From the human T2T-CHM13v2.0 reference genome, Homo sapiens, in the NCBI RefSeq assembly GCF_009914755.1, contig NC_060946.1: DNA of 64,000 nucleotides. One strand, 5' to 3'. A program made the position numbers and the translations under genes. Below are positions 1 through 14,920 of this stretch, in pieces (position 1 is the first letter of the stretch; each line of letters begins with the position of its first letter). The notes beneath the pieces are model-generated. The model worked only from the letters and a program-made list of their open reading frames with translations, had not been told where the DNA came from and made no database searches.

Positions 1-747
1 CTGGCCATGTAGATCCTGAAATTTGACCCAGACCCTGTGCCCAGTTTTATGCCAGCCCTAGGCCCCCAGCCAGGTGGTCACAGCCCTGCGTCAGCAGCTG
101 CAGCCCGTGAGCTCCTCAAGATTCCCCCTAGTAGTGTGCCCAGCTGTGACCTCTCACACAGAAGGAGGCAAAACAATTAGCTTCTGGGGAGGTATGAGCC
201 AGTCTCAGGCCCTGTTCCTCCTCCCTACCCCCACCCACCTCCCTACCCCCAACCTTCCCCTTCACTCCCCTGCTCCCCCACAGCAAAAAGACCTCTAAAA
301 GGAAATTTGAGCTGCCCCTTTCTCTCCCTTCCCCTTTATCCTGCCCAGGCTGGGGGCTGTCACTGGAGCTGTTTGCTCTCCCCAGGCAAGCCCAGACACC
401 CTTCCCTGGAGCCATCCCTCGGGGTCCCTTCCTTCCCTAGAAAATGTCCGAGCCAGTAAGGAGATTCAGACATTCATATGCCCCTCCAGGGCAAAGCTCA
501 GCTTGCTGGGATGGCAGGTGACATTCTGGGTCGCTGCTAGCAAACTGAGAAGGCTTAGGGCCAGACAAGGAAGGTAAATATATAACTGAACAGAGTGCAA
601 GGCAGTAGGGCATGGTGGGAACTGTGGCAAACAGCAGAGCAAAGGCCCTTCCTGCTCTACAGTTATCGCCAGGCAGGAATGTGGGCCCAGAATGCACACT
701 TCTTATTTCTTAGAGCAAAACTGCAAGTTTAGTTTTTAAAAATGTTT

Positions 748-1085
<338 letters not shown>

Positions 1086-1179
1086 TTATTGCCTTTTAAA
1101 ACCCTACAATGGCCTAGTGAAAAATATCTGAAGCTGGATTTGACCTGTGAGACAGCAGTTTGTGACCTGATTCCACGTC

Positions 1180-1350
1180 AGTGTGTCCTGCAGACCAAGA
1201 ATTCCACAAAATAGTCACTGATAAAAGCATCCCCTGGTCAATACCACTGGGCAACTCAGCACTCTTAATCCCCTCTGGGAATCCCAGAGTTTATTAGCAT
1301 ATTAAAGGCTCTGAAAAGGTCTGTAAGAAAGAGATCTGATTAACTTTGTG
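1180..1350. mobile_element. MER103C-like hAT-Charlie fragment
   Basis: ATTAGCATATTAAAGGCTCTGAAAAG...TTAACTTTG matches recalled MER103 core. Confidence 0.6.
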
Positions 1351-1997
1351 AAGACCAGAAGGGCATTAGTGCTCCATAGGACCTGTCGTGTGACATAGCC
1401 CCTCATAGAGCTGTGATCTCTTCAGCGTGCTCACCATTTCAAAGGGTCACAGGCCCCCGGAGGCCCATCTCAGCCCTGAGTTAGGAACCTACCTCTTTCA
1501 TCTGCTAATCTGACAATAGTTATGAAGCCTGTTTCTGGGACAGGCATGGTGTGAGCACCAGGGACACAGTGATGACCTGACAGGTGTATGTCCCCTGCCC
1601 TGCTTTGTAGAGACCACACCTAATGGCCCCTTTCTGTAGGTTTGCTCTCACCTCCAACTCCAGCCCTTCCAATCGCACAGCATTAATGCACACATAAAGG
1701 ACTTGTCAGCCCAAAGCAGGCACTGGTGTTCTCTCCCAGAAGAGCCAGGTTCTATCCTGGCTCTATCCTGAACACACTGTGAGACATCCAGTTTACATTT
1801 AGCCATCATATATCTGCTGGGCAGCTACTATGTCCAGGCACTGAGCTCAGTGCTAGGGACAAAGGCAAGAAGAGGAGAGACTCCAAGAGCTGGCTCTGGC
1901 CATCATGGAACCTGCAGCAGAAAAGAGAGACAGAAAATAATAATAATAGTAAGGAACAGCAAGGACCAAAACACAAAATAATTAAGTTGTTCTTGGG

Positions 1998-2293
<296 letters not shown>

Positions 2294-2339
2294 TGTTCTT
2301 GTTTTTATTTTAACTTTTATGAAGCACATAAACAAGAGA

Positions 2340-3170
2340 TTGAAATACAGAATGTAATAGACTGAGAAACTTAACTTTTGAAGGGATGGTCAAAGAAGGT
2401 CTAAGGAGGTGGCATTTATACTGAGACCTAAAAGGCAGGAAGAAAAACATGACAAAAGCTGTCCAGATGGAAAGCACTATATGGGCAAAGGCCCTGAGAG
2501 AGGGAAGAGCAATAATTATAGAGGAGAAGGACAGGAGATGAGATTGGAGAGGTCAGAAGGGCCCGAATCATGCAAGGGCTTATAGACAACATGTATCAGT
2601 TAGCTTTGCTGCATAAGAAACAATCCCAAAACTTGATGGTGTGTAACAGCTATCATCTATTATTATAGCTCACACTTCTAGGGGTCAGTAGTTGGCTTGG
2701 GGAGTATTCTTCTCTATGTTTGGCTTGGCTGGAGCATTTTAGCTGGAGCAAATTTGCCCCTAGCTTTCTCATCCTCTCCTGGGATTGAAAGCTAGCCTGG
2801 GCATGTCCTTCTTATAGCCATGGCAGAATCTCAAGAGAGTGGAAGCCACAAGGCCACTGGAGGTCTTGACTGGAACTGACACATTGATACTTCTGCTTCA
2901 TTCTAGTGACAAAGTCACATGGCCACCTTCAGGAGCAGACAATTCCATCCCAACCACAGTAGGAGAGCACAGCAAGAGAGAGGGAGAGGTGGTGGCTTAG
3001 ACAAGGATGGCGATCATGATGAGTAGAAAAGTAGATTAATTCTGGAGACATTTAGGGGGCAGAAACAACAGGAATGTTGATGATGGGTTGGACCAAAGAA
3101 GTGGGGAAAAGGGTAGACTCAAGTTAGGCTTCTCAACGTCTTCCAGAGTGAGGGGTTGGATGGTGAGGGT
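2340..3170 (-). mobile_element. L2 LINE fragment interrupted by an MLT1 LTR
   Basis: GGAGGTGGCATTT...GAGACCT...GCAAAGGCCCTGAG, resumes after about 2980 (GGTGGCTTAGAC...). Confidence 0.7.
2592..2980 (-). mobile_element. MLT1 (ERVL-MaLR) solo LTR
   Basis: TGTATCAGTTAGCTTTGCTGCATAAGAAAC end; CAAAGTCACATGGCC motif. Confidence 0.8.
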
Positions 3171-3991
3171 ATTGGAGGCAGGAGAAAATAGGTGTGGGGC
3201 TGACCTCAGCCCACTCTGGCCCCCAGCTTCCTCATCTGAACCATAAGAAGATAGGGAAGGGCCTCCCGGGCTAGCCTATGCCCCTCTTCACCCCCAACCC
3301 CAGACAGAGCCCAAGCTGCCTGCCAACTGTGGCCTCCACGGTGTACAGGGAAGACCAGCCAGGCCTGCTGTGATATATGACCCCCATAGCTCACAGCCGG
3401 GCTGCCGCTGGGATGATGTGTTGTTGCCATCCATCACCAGCCTGACAGGCACCCAGTGCCAGAATTCGGCAGCTGCCCTTCACCGGGACACTTAATTATA
3501 AAGGTCTGAAATTTTTCCCCACTGGCCTGGGAAATAAAGGCTTTGTTTACCAATGGCAAGTTGGGAGGCTCCCAGGAGAGGGCCAATATATCAGAGCAGC
3601 CTGGCAGACACAGCGCAAATCCTGATGGGGTGGTGGAGGGGTGGGGGCTTCCGAGGAGCTGTCACCTCGACCCCCCTGGCCGCTCCCCAGCCCTGCTCTC
3701 CAACGCTGCACGAGAATATTGATTCCCGAAGCTCTATGCCATCGTCTCACCTGTGCCATGTTTGAGTTTGCTGAAAGCCCACTCCATTGCTGCAAAGCCC
3801 CCGGATCCACTCTCTGGACCTCTCCTCTGGGTTTGCCAGAAAACTCGCAGGACATCATCTCTGTCAGGACCCATGTGAGCAGAGTCACTGGGGAAGTGGG
3901 TCATGGATCACAAGGGAAACCAGCGGACTCAGCAGTACTTGGAAGAAGCCATTCAATGTCACTACTCAAAAGAATCTGAGTTCATCCAGCC

Positions 3992-4185
3992 ACGTGGTTC
4001 TCAAAAGTGTGGTCCCTGGACCATCAGCAACAGCATCTCCCTGGAACTTGTCAGAAATGCACACTCTTGGGCCCCATCCCTGACCTAATGAATCAGCAAT
4101 TCATTGCTGGGGGTGAGCCCGGTGATCTGTGTTGTAACGAGCCCTCCAGAACTTTCTGATGTGCACCCAAGCTTGAGAACCACTG
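3992..4185. mobile_element. MER5A hAT-Charlie MITE
   Basis: Terminal inverted repeats GTGGTTCTCAA / TTGAGAACCACTG; internal AGAAATGCA...GGGCCCCA..GACCT..TGAATCAG. Confidence 0.88.
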
Positions 4186-4898
4186 ACTAGTTCACTCACA
4201 GCCTCCTTTTGTGCTTCTGGGTTACCAAAGCTCCAGAGAAGGGGGCATGGCTTGCCCAGGTGACCCAGAAAGCAGAAACAGCTGCGACATTGGACCCAGG
4301 TACCAACACTCTCTAGGTTTCTGTGTGCAATCCTGGGATGGTGGTTAAGTCTCTCCAAGCCTCTGTTTTCTCTTCTGTAAAATGGGGTTAAGAGTGCTAA
4401 CCATGTAACTTGGGATCAGGGTTGAGTGAGGAAAACCCTGGCGCACAGAAGATGCTGGACACAGATGGGCCTTTACTGGGTCTTCCTGCAGTGGGATGTG
4501 GACATTCCCTCCCATCTAGACAGAGGGGCCTCCCTGGCATGACCAGGACCTACCTGCTGCAGGCAGGGGATCAGTCCTTGCTGAGGCTCAGCTCAAAGCC
4601 AGGGCAAAAACCCATGCCAGCTGGCATCTGAAAGATTCCCAAGCAAAGGTGTCTTCTTTCCACTCATTCTCCAGCCTTACTCCTAGGATACAGGAATTGG
4701 AAGGGCAAAAGAATGGCAGGGGTAGAAAGGGGGCTTCAATTGAGAGAAGAGGGCTCTCAGAAGCACAGAGGCCAGAAATGAGAAGGCAGCCCAGGCGCGT
4801 CTCAGTGACGTCCACAGATGTATCTGGAGCCCTCACATTCGTGGCTTAAGGCAAGGCAGGGCTGGGCAGGTTTATCCTCACATGCACCATCTCTTTGA

Positions 4899-5204
<306 letters not shown>

Positions 5205-6359
5205 TGAGATCTTAAGGTAAAGGGCAGAGTCCCGCAGTCCATCAGTGCCAAAGTCAGGACTCAAACCCAGGTCTGTCTGGCTCCTCTACCTTCAGGGTTC
5301 TAACAAAGTGTTGGAGTTAGAGAAGGGCAGATCTCCTCCTGGGAGAAGGAAAGTGCTCCTGGTGCAGGCCAACCCTGGATCAGGTGCTTCAGGGGGAGGG
5401 AGGCAGGTGAAGCATGGGCAGCCTCTCATCAGAGTTTCATCTCTGCCAGGTGACCAGATCCAAGAAATATCCTCTTCCAGATCTAGTCTCCTCGGGGACG
5501 GTGGGGAGACTGTGGTCAGAGTGGGTCAGAGAGGGCTCTGTAAACCACCAAGTGTGATGCACAGGTTACTGTGGAAGGACCGTCCCATGGGCAGCCTTCA
5601 GGGGCTAAGTCTTTCTCTGGGATTTGGTTTCCCAACTTGTACAACCAGAGGATTGGACAAAGTGATCCTGCAGTCTCCTCCTCTGCATCCCTGAGTCCTT
5701 TTGTAAGATGACCACAAATGACATTGGTCTACAGGGTCCAGGCACACAGCAGGTGCCTACTAAGTGCAGAAGTGCTCAGGGAGTGACTGCCCCAAGCCAC
5801 ATAGTGGCGCAGGATCGAAACCCAGGCTTCCCAACCCCCAGCACCTATCTCCTTTCTCCTTCCCCCTGCCACCACCCCCCAGAAATGATATCTGCAACTT
5901 GGCTTTTGGTTCCTGGTCACCAGGGAACCTACTCTCTAGTGGCAATTGGTTTATTGAGCACAGAAAGGTCAGCTCCCTCATTGTCCAGCTAAGGAAGTGG
6001 CTGCAAAACACCAACCTTTCATCGACTGCAGGATCTTAGTAATTGGCATTGTTAATCTGCCCCGGCTTCTGCTTCCCAGGCTTGGGAAAGACCTAGCCAA
6101 CTCTCCCAGAAGCTCCTCAGAGTGGGGCTGAAAGGAACAAACAGCATTTTGGCCAGCAGCCCCACTCCAGCAAACCAGGTTATTCTCTTGGCAGTCATCT
6201 CCTCCAAACCTAAATGGGGATACCCAATCTGATTGCTGGAGAGAGGAGTGGGACTGAGGGCTGGGGCTAGCACAGTGTCTGGGGCATGGTAAACATTTAA
6301 TTAATCTTTTCCAAAAGGGGCTAGGAAGGAAAGGAGGGAGGGGGTGATCTTGGGGACTT

Positions 6360-7190
6360 TTATTAGTCAGACACTTGGTATGCACATTACAGAAAACCCA
6401 ATTTGAACTGGCCTAAGCCAAAATCTTTTTTAAAAACATAGGACAGGGAGGGGCTATAAGAACATTTGATGGGGTGGGAGTGGTTGATGGAACTGTCTGA
6501 TATTCCAATTTGTGGTAGTGGTTATATGACTATATGTGTTTGTCAAAATACATGAAACTATACACTGAAGAATGTGGATTTTACCATGAGTAGATTATAC
6601 CTCAATAAACCTAACCCTCATCCAATAAAAAAGAAAAATATATTAACTTACATGTTGAAGTCTAGATATGCTGCTTTCAGGCAAGGCTTGGTCCAGCAGC
6701 TCAAACAATGTCTCCAAAGTCCCAATTTCTCTGTTTCCTCACTCTGCCTTCTCTGGTGCTTGTTTCTCTCTCACTTCCCTCTGAGGCATCCAGCAAGCTT
6801 CAAGGTGTCTCCTATAAGGAACACAGAAGCTCCAGAGTCTCTTGACCTGGTAACAATTTGACCGTATCTATCACAGAGATTATATCTTTACTTCTCACTC
6901 TTAAGTAGAAGAAAGAGGAAGCGTCTCTTTTCTAGAAATCCCAGCAGATGCCTTCTTGCATCTCCTTGGCTTGTGATGGGCTCTCATGGTCTAGCCTTGA
7001 ACCAATCACTACGACTTGACAGTGGAAAATGATGACTGGTATAAGCCAATCAGGGCACTCCCTGCAGTGGAGAGTGAGTTCCACTCTCACTCTAACCCCA
7101 ACCCCAGGGCTAAGAATAAGAGAGGGGTGATGCATCCCAAAGCAACAAATTAGTCAGAGAGGAGGGGGGAAAAGACAAATGCCCATTACA
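6360..7190 (-). mobile_element. Old MLT1 (K/L-like) LTR with a nested L1M 3' end at about 6445-6635
   Basis: TATTAGTCAG..ACAGAAAACCCAA; GCTTTCAGGCAAGGCTTG; TGAACCAATCACT; L1 end TTATACCTCAATAAA. Confidence 0.7.
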
Positions 7191-7441
7191 GCTTCCCTTG
7201 GAAATTTCCCAACCTGTTACTCATGGAAGTTCCTACTCTTCTTTTTGGCTTCTTCAAATACTATCATGCTATAGAGAATCTTCCCAGCCCCACTGTCCCC
7301 AAGCGTTTTGAATGCACTCAACCACACTTCATCAATTGATTGCTTACTACTCAGAGAAGCCAGCATCCAGGCCCCATCCAGCAGGGCTGGAGCTCTTTGC
7401 ACAGCAGCACCTGCTGCTGGCACAAAACTAGCCACCCCCCT

Positions 7442-7479
7442 ACACACACACACACACACACGCACACACACACACACAC
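7442..7479. repeat. (CA)n microsatellite
   Basis: About 19 AC units with one interruption. Confidence 0.95.
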
Positions 7480-7959
7480 CCTCCTGGCTGTCCCCGACCT
7501 TGTTCCAAGGGCCTGTGAGATGTGTCAGCTGCCCCAAGGGAAGAAGATGGCTTGTGGGTGAGGGACAGGGGAGGCACACAGTGGAAACATACCTTGTACC
7601 CTGCTCCAGAGAATCATACAGTAACCTGCAGAAAAACTGAGTCACAGAGTCCTGAAAGATATACAGCAAGACATGGTGGTATTCCTGGCCTTGAATCACA
7701 GGCTCCTGGCTTCTTGTCTGCACCACACAACCACTGGCTCTGTGTTTCTGAGCAAGTCAACTTACTCTTCTGAGCTTTGGAGTCTTTACCTGCAAAATAA
7801 GATTTGATGATGTTCCCCAGTGGGCTGGTTGCAAACCAGATCAGAATGGGAATGGCCAGTGATGATGGATACCTAGCCTAATCATTGACAATATATCACT
7901 CATCACATTTCAGGAATGTGTCACGTTGGTGATCCATGCTTCTTTCACTGTCTTGATTT

Positions 7960-8360
7960 GGATTTTCCCAAAAGCTGGCCCCCAGATGAACAGCAGTTTA
8001 CTCGGAATGTGCAGAAAGCCCTTGCTGAAGAGTGGGAAAAGGAGATAAGGAAGAAGCCAGCCATACAGGATGCATTATCTATGGCAATTACCACCATGGG
8101 CAACTAGGGCTCAATTCCACTGGGGAACATTGGGAGATTCTGCAGAATATACATCTCAATGTTATTCCACCTGAGTGGGGAGGGAGCTGGGGTATTGATA
8201 CAACAACTCCATCTGTTAGCAGTTGAGGGCTTCCTGGGAGTGTTAATTCCCAGCCTCTCTCTGCCTACCACTCACAAGGACCAAACAAACTCTGGTGACC
8301 AGAAAAACCCCCAGACAAAGAGCATTTGGTGTTGGCCATTGGAATGGGCCAGGTGCACAT
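7960..8360 (-). mobile_element. LTR33-like ERVL LTR
   Basis: TTACCACCATGGGCAACTAGGGCTCAATTCCACTGGGGAAC...GGGAGCTGGGGTATTGATAC. Confidence 0.75.
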
Positions 8361-11300
8361 AGAAACATTTTGTGCTGAGAGCAATGTGGGTGAAGCACTA
8401 AAATACATGCCACATCCTCCTCCCTTCTCCACCTGGAGAAACACTTTATCTTCTTCAAGACTTAGCTCAGAGTATAATTTCCTCTGTGAAACCTTCTGCT
8501 AATCTCCCAAGGAGAATGGGAATTTGCTTTCTTGCAGCAACTTTATCTTGTCTCTATCACAAACATTGCTTCCATTCATTTGCTGGACATTCCCTCAAAG
8601 GCAGCTGGGTGCCAGGCACTGTACGGCTCTCTGATCTCACTGCACTATAACTGTTTTTTTTTTTTTACGTGCCTGTGAGCACTAGATCATGAGTTCTCTG
8701 CAGGTGGGACTATGTCAGATTCATTTTTGCATCTCCAGCTCCTAGCACATAGTAAGCACTCCGTGTTGGCTGATTTACACTTCAAAGTAAAAGTAATCCA
8801 ATAATAGATGAAAAGCACTTGACTTGGAACAAGACCTGCCACAATAAAAGTCCTGAAGAAAATTGTAGTTAATGTTGTGTGGATACAAACTGTGTGGGTC
8901 CCTCTTGAACATATCACAACCCTAATCTATTCTGGAAGGCACCCACTTCACCCCAGGTGCTCCAAACAACAGAGCTTGAATTCCCTTGGGAGCCCCCGGC
9001 ACAAGGGCCACCCAAAATTAGACCTGCCCCTGCTGGTGCTTAAAATTAGAAGGAGTTTGCATTCCAAGATGCCAACAGGTGCGAGCAATAGTTCATGGAC
9101 CAAAATAAATTGGTGACACACTAGCGCTTAAAATTAGATGAACCCTCTTGGTTCAAACTGTTGTCCATGGCGGGTGGTTGTCTTGGGTAAAGGATAGAGA
9201 GGAGGATGCTCAAACTACTCAAAGCCTGAACTCAGGAGATGAAAGGAATCCACATGGACTGAAAATGTATCTGGTGCCAGGCCCTGTGCCGGCAGTCTGG
9301 ATTAAATTATGCAGCTGGATGTGCACAGTGGTGCTGGAAAACAGTGCTGTCCTTATTATCATCATACGTTGCCAATGACAAAACAGCTTCATGCCAGGGA
9401 CTTGTCCAAAGGCACCCAGCTAGCAGGAGACAGAGCAGGGTTTGAAATCCCACCTCTCACTGGCTGCCCCAGGCTTGTTTCAGGGTGCCAGACTACCCAC
9501 CACCCCTACTTCCCTAAGTAGCCTTTGTCTGGGTGGATCATGTGTCCTGGCCCTGAACACACTGATTGGACAAAGCAATGGTTGTGTGCCCTAGTGCAAA
9601 CCACTCATTAGCCAGGGACTTACAGGTGGAAAGAAGTAACTGAACCAATCAGATGTCACCTGGAGGAATGTGCACTAGGCAACTGTCCTAAGAGAAAGGG
9701 ATGCAGTAGGCTCTACTGAGGAAAGCGAGAGGTGGGGCAGCAGCCCAGAGCAACACGGTCACATAATGACTTCAGCAAATACTAAGGAGCAGACGGGCAT
9801 ATTACACTGTATCCTCAACTCATCCCTGGGAATTTTACCCCCTTTTATAGATGAAAGCAGCTGGGTATTGGTGAGGTCACCAAGCAACCCCACAGAGAGG
9901 TGAAGACAAGGTTTCAGATTCCAAAGTCTTCCAGTCTACTGTAGGAACTTAGGGGTGTGTGTATATTCACGTGTGTGCACAGATATGGGAGAGGGCATGC
10001 GCGTGTGAGTGGCTGTGTGTGTGCCCATTGTGTATGTGTGCATGGATGTGGGTGTCACACAGGAAGGATGCGAGAATGGGAGATTCAGAGCAGGTTTGGT
10101 CCTCAAGGTGGCTGCAATGGGTGCCCCACACTTCAAGCCACCAGTAACTCTGTGATCCTCTTCACATTTCCCCTGTTTTCCAACAATGGGGCCACATCAG
10201 CCCCACCAGGGCTCTACTGGAAATTGTTGTTGATACCTAGACAGAAAGGGCTTTTCACTGTCCAGACCCCCATGGGCTGGTTGCTCTCCCAGGATCAGCA
10301 CGAGGACTTTCTGTGAGCTCTGGAAAAAAGTAGACTGCACTTAAGAGAAAACTTCCCAAAGGAGTAGATTTTAAGTCTGCTTCAGTTGAACGCCATTGAT
10401 CTCTTTCTCTAAAAGACCCTAAACAGTGAGAGAGTCCTATTCAGAGGTTCTGATCAAGGCTGGGTAAGGCTCTGCCCCCACCAGCCCTCTGTGTGCTACC
10501 GAACACAGGCATCAAGCTTTGGAAGAAGCCACTTCAAGACAAATTCTGGGTCCTCCACCTGGAGCCAGCTCAAACCTCCCTGAACCTGTTTCTCCATCAG
10601 TAACATGGCGAATATTCCTCCTTCATAGGTTGTTCCAAAGAAGTTAAAACTATAAAGTCAGAGATCAGTAATAGTCAGTTTCTTTGAGCATCTTGCATAA
10701 TGACATAAAATAAAACTGTACTAAGTGTCAGGAACATTGGGTTCCACTTTTTTGCCTTGCCGTTGACATACTCCATGATTTGGGGCAAGTCCTTGTCCTC
10801 TCTGGACCATATTGTTCTCTGTTCTATAATTAAAGTGTTAGCCCTGATTAATGGATTCATTCTTACTATGTACTGAGTCTTGGACTCAACATGGTAGGTG
10901 TAGATGTGAATATGACAAAGAAGGTCCCTGTGGCATCTGGGAAGGCTTTACCCAGACACCTTAGGAAACTACTATTGGTGACTGACCTTTGGAAGAAGAG
11001 GCACGTAAGCTAACTCCTTTTTTTCTTTCTTGGGAGGTTGCAAGAGTAAAGAGCATGTTCAAGGAAAGAAGGAGTCCCTCTCCAGGGTTCTCCTAGGTCT
11101 GTTTGTTGATTGGCTCATTGAGTACGTAACCCACATGTACACACACACATCTGCATGGGCATGCATAGACATGCGACGCACACACCTACCAGAAGGCAGG
11201 GTTCAACAGGCCCAGCAGCGGCGTCTTGGGGAAAAGGACTGATTCGAGAGAAAACAGGAAGCAACTCCAAGTGTTCAAGCCTCCCTCTGCAACCCCGTTC

Positions 11301-11706
11301 CTTTTCCACACATTATGAAAATGAGATTGGACGGTGGAGGGTGGAGAGGTGCGTAATGCTCCTGCTATTTCCTGACGTCCTTCCCAGTGCCTCAGAGGCC
11401 CAGATCGAGTGGAATTATCTCCTCCCCTGGCTGGGAGGGAGCTAGCTTAGAGCCAAAAACACCAAGATATGGAGAAGAAGCCTGAAGGACTATACAAACA
11501 AGCTAGGCTCGTGGCTTCAGGCCAAGAGGAACTGAGCCAACAACCCTCCCCTGTCCCAGTGCAAACCCAGATGTTGGCTGGCCCCCCCGCTATTGGCCAC
11601 AGAGGTGATGGGGGTCCCACTTCAGGATCTGAGCCCTGCTTGAGTAAGACTGACAGGGGGCTGGTGTGTGAATCTGGAGAGAAACAGGGGACTGGGTGCC
11701 TTCCTT

Positions 11707-11709
<3 letters not shown>

Positions 11710-11741
<32 letters not shown>
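11710..11741. repeat. (CT)n microsatellite
   Basis: Direct reading. Confidence 0.95.
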
Positions 11742-11744
<3 letters not shown>

Positions 11745-11904
11745 CAGTCTCTGCCTCATCATCTTGTCACCTGTATGTATCTCTCTCTTTCTCTTTGCAG
11801 TGTCAGCCCAGTCTTTTTCTCTGGAACAAGTAGGGTGAAGCTGGCAGGATGTCTGAAAAATCCAACCTGACCAAAAACTTGCTATGAAACCCAAATTAAC
11901 ATAA

Positions 11905-12290
11905 GACACCCTGTTCTGTCTATCACACTGATAAAAATGGAAACATCAATAATATTCTTCATTAACAAGGGTAGAGCAAACAGGCTGTCTCAAAAATTAT
12001 TAGTGGGAGTAAAAACCAGTATTAAATGTGCACGCTCCTGACCAAGCAATACTACTGGCACAAACTCAATGTGCACAAAGATGTATGAGGAAGTATAAGA
12101 ATACAATGGTATTGTTTATACACCATTGTTTGTCATAATGAAATCTGCCAATAATGCAAGAATGATGTAAAGGGGACTGGTTAAATAAGTCAAGGTGTCA
12201 CCATACTATGGAATATTATGCAGATATGTAAAAGAATGAGCTAGGTCTACATGTCAGGCATGGAAAGACATCCATGAACAAAGAAAGTCA
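11905..12290 (+). mobile_element. L1ME-type 3' fragment
   Basis: GGACTGGTTAAATAA...CCATACTATGGAATATTATGCAG...AAAGAATGAG. Confidence 0.75.
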
Positions 12291-12299
12291 CATAAAGGT

Positions 12300-12640
12300 T
12301 TAGCTGGGGTAGCTTAGGCTATGCTTAATAACAAGTATGTCTGAACACCTCAGTGGCTTACTACAAAAAGGTTCATTTCTTGCTCAAACAAAGTCTAATG
12401 GAAGCCTGGTCACTCTCCAGGGTAGCTGTGCTCCATGCTGTGACTCAGTGATCCAATCTGAGTCCATCCCATGGCTCTACTATCTCAATACTATCTCGGC
12501 ATCCTGTTCACTATAGAGGGAAGAGAATGCAGAAAGAACTCACACCTGATCATGCATGCACCACCCTTTGCTGGGAAGTCACATGCCCTCTGCCTAATTA
12601 CAAGGAGACAGGAAAATTGGGAGGAGTAAGTTGATTTTAA
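12300..12640 (-). mobile_element. Old MLT1 (L-like) LTR fragment
   Basis: CTCAGTGGCTTACTACAAAAGGTTCATTTCTTGCTCA; AAGTCACATGCC. Confidence 0.6.
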
Positions 12641-14920
12641 GTGAGCCATAAAAAGGCAAATGTAAGAATTATCCCCACTTTACATATGGAAAAATGAAGT
12701 CTCAGACAGACCACCACTCACTGCAGTGAATGTTTTTACCTCCCTAGCATCCATCCACCTCTTCTTCAGCCGAGGGTATCATTATATCCCTTCAGAAAGA
12801 CCTGTTCTAATCTCACCCACACAGAATATGTGGGTCATAATTGCCTTAGGTTAGTTGCTTCCACAATTCTCTCAGTCATAGTGACTGGTTCTGGGAGGTA
12901 CTATAGTTCAGTCAGAGCCAATGAAACCAATGGATACTCTCATGGGAGTTCTGTGTAAGCATCTGGATCAATCCATTCCTGAAGCTAATACCAACCACTT
13001 CGGCCAATATATTATTACTCCCTTACTCACCCATCCCCATTTTTTTTTGTGTTGATTTTTGTTTGCTTTGTTTGTTCCTAAGCCTCTTAGGGCCTAGAGT
13101 TTTTATCAGGACTTAATCCCAGGTCTTCCAGATTCCAATGCCCACTCTTAACCAGCATATACGATACCCTGTCTTAGATGAGGCAGCAGAAGGGACCTTA
13201 CATATTTTCTGGTCCAAACCCTTTTATTTTACAAATGAGATTGAGACCCAGGGAAGTCAAGTGACTCCCCTGAGGCCACACAGCAAGCCCATCTCAGAGC
13301 CTGCATTGCCATCCACAGACCCCTGCTCTTGCCACAAAACTTCCACTCAAATTTACCTGACCTAAGCCCCTTGTGTCTCTGAGGCCCTGGGGATGTCAGC
13401 ATCATTTCTGATGTAAACAGATGATGACCAAGGCCCACCCTGATACGTCTGGCTGTGAACTCTGTTCCAAGCTATCGGTTGCCAATAACAGTTCAAGTGC
13501 TGACATTTTAGAATGACTTAGTTTCTTTTTCATTTCATTTAGTGTGGATTCTAATGACATCATCCTCACTCAGTCACCTTCTGATGGGTTTTGTCCAGTG
13601 AAGAGAAAGCCAGAGATTTGCGGGTGGCCTTCTGCAGGAATTGCATGTCCAACCACTTGAGGTCTCCAAGTCTCATTTTCCTTCCCTATAAAATGGCGAA
13701 AATGATAGCAAACACCTCGCAGGATGTTGTCAGAATTAAATGAAATCTCACATGGCAGAGCCAAGCACAGAATGCAGTGCAAACAGTATTGTGTAAACTC
13801 CAGTTAGCATCTTCTTCAACATCCCCCGATGGGGCCCAGCAATGTCATGAATTCTCTGGGCCCTAACAAAGTTCTCTCCACTCTGAGCCTCAGTTTCCCC
13901 AAGGGCAAAGTGAGACCGAGACACTCTAAGGACCTTCCAGCCCTAACAGCTGGACAGCCAGCTGGAGAATAGCATTGAGCTGATTGCTACAATTCCCTGG
14001 ATACCTGCAGGGTGCCAGGTCTGTGTCAGGGCCCCTCCCTCTATGAGCTCACCAGCCCTTGTGGGGGTAGATACTTTTCCCCCAATTTGCTGAGGAGGAA
14101 ATTGAGGCCAAAGAGACCCAGGGAGACTTGCACTGGCTGTCCAGATCCAACATTCCTGGACACTTTCCTAAGCAAGCAAGTTAGACTTTATTCCTAGTTT
14201 CAACAAGCTCTACGGCATGTTTTTTATGTTTCCTTTGAAGGAGAGGCCACAGCTGACGGATGGGGAAACCCAAGTCCAGAGTGTTTGATGGATTTGACCA
14301 AAGCCACCCAGCCATAGGCAAGAGGTGCAGAGTTGGAGCCCAGGGCATGTGATTCCCAACAAATTATTCTTTCCACCAGACCACATGATTCTTTTGGATT
14401 GAGGCCTTTTCTGCTCTTTCCAAACAGAAGACATCAAGTTGTTTTCAGAGGCAAGGAAAACTTTGCTCCATATTTTGAGATCAGGAGGTGAGAAGAACTT
14501 GAGTCTGAACTCTCTTCTTATAGTTTCTTAAACTTAGGTAACTACTACTGGTGACTGACTTTTGGAATCGCTCAAACTGGCCCCAGGATGATTCCTGGGG
14601 AAGAAATGTCGGTGTGATAGACCCAAAGAGGCCAAGGTTTGGAAAAGAATAGATCTAGTGTCTGCCTCTCAATTATAATTGTGTGGCCTTGGGCAAGATA
14701 CCTTACCTCTCTGAACCTCGGTCTTTTCATGTGTACTATGGAGATAATAACAGTTGGCTGTGACATTACTACATGGCTAGAAAAAAGTAAAATTGATCTG
14801 CACGAACTGATAAGGATTATTAAATCTCTGATGTGTTATTAAGTAGAAAAGTAATATTGCAGGACACTGTGGTGTGATCGTGTTTGTGGATGTGCCTTCC
14901 TCTCCCTCATCCTCCACTCT

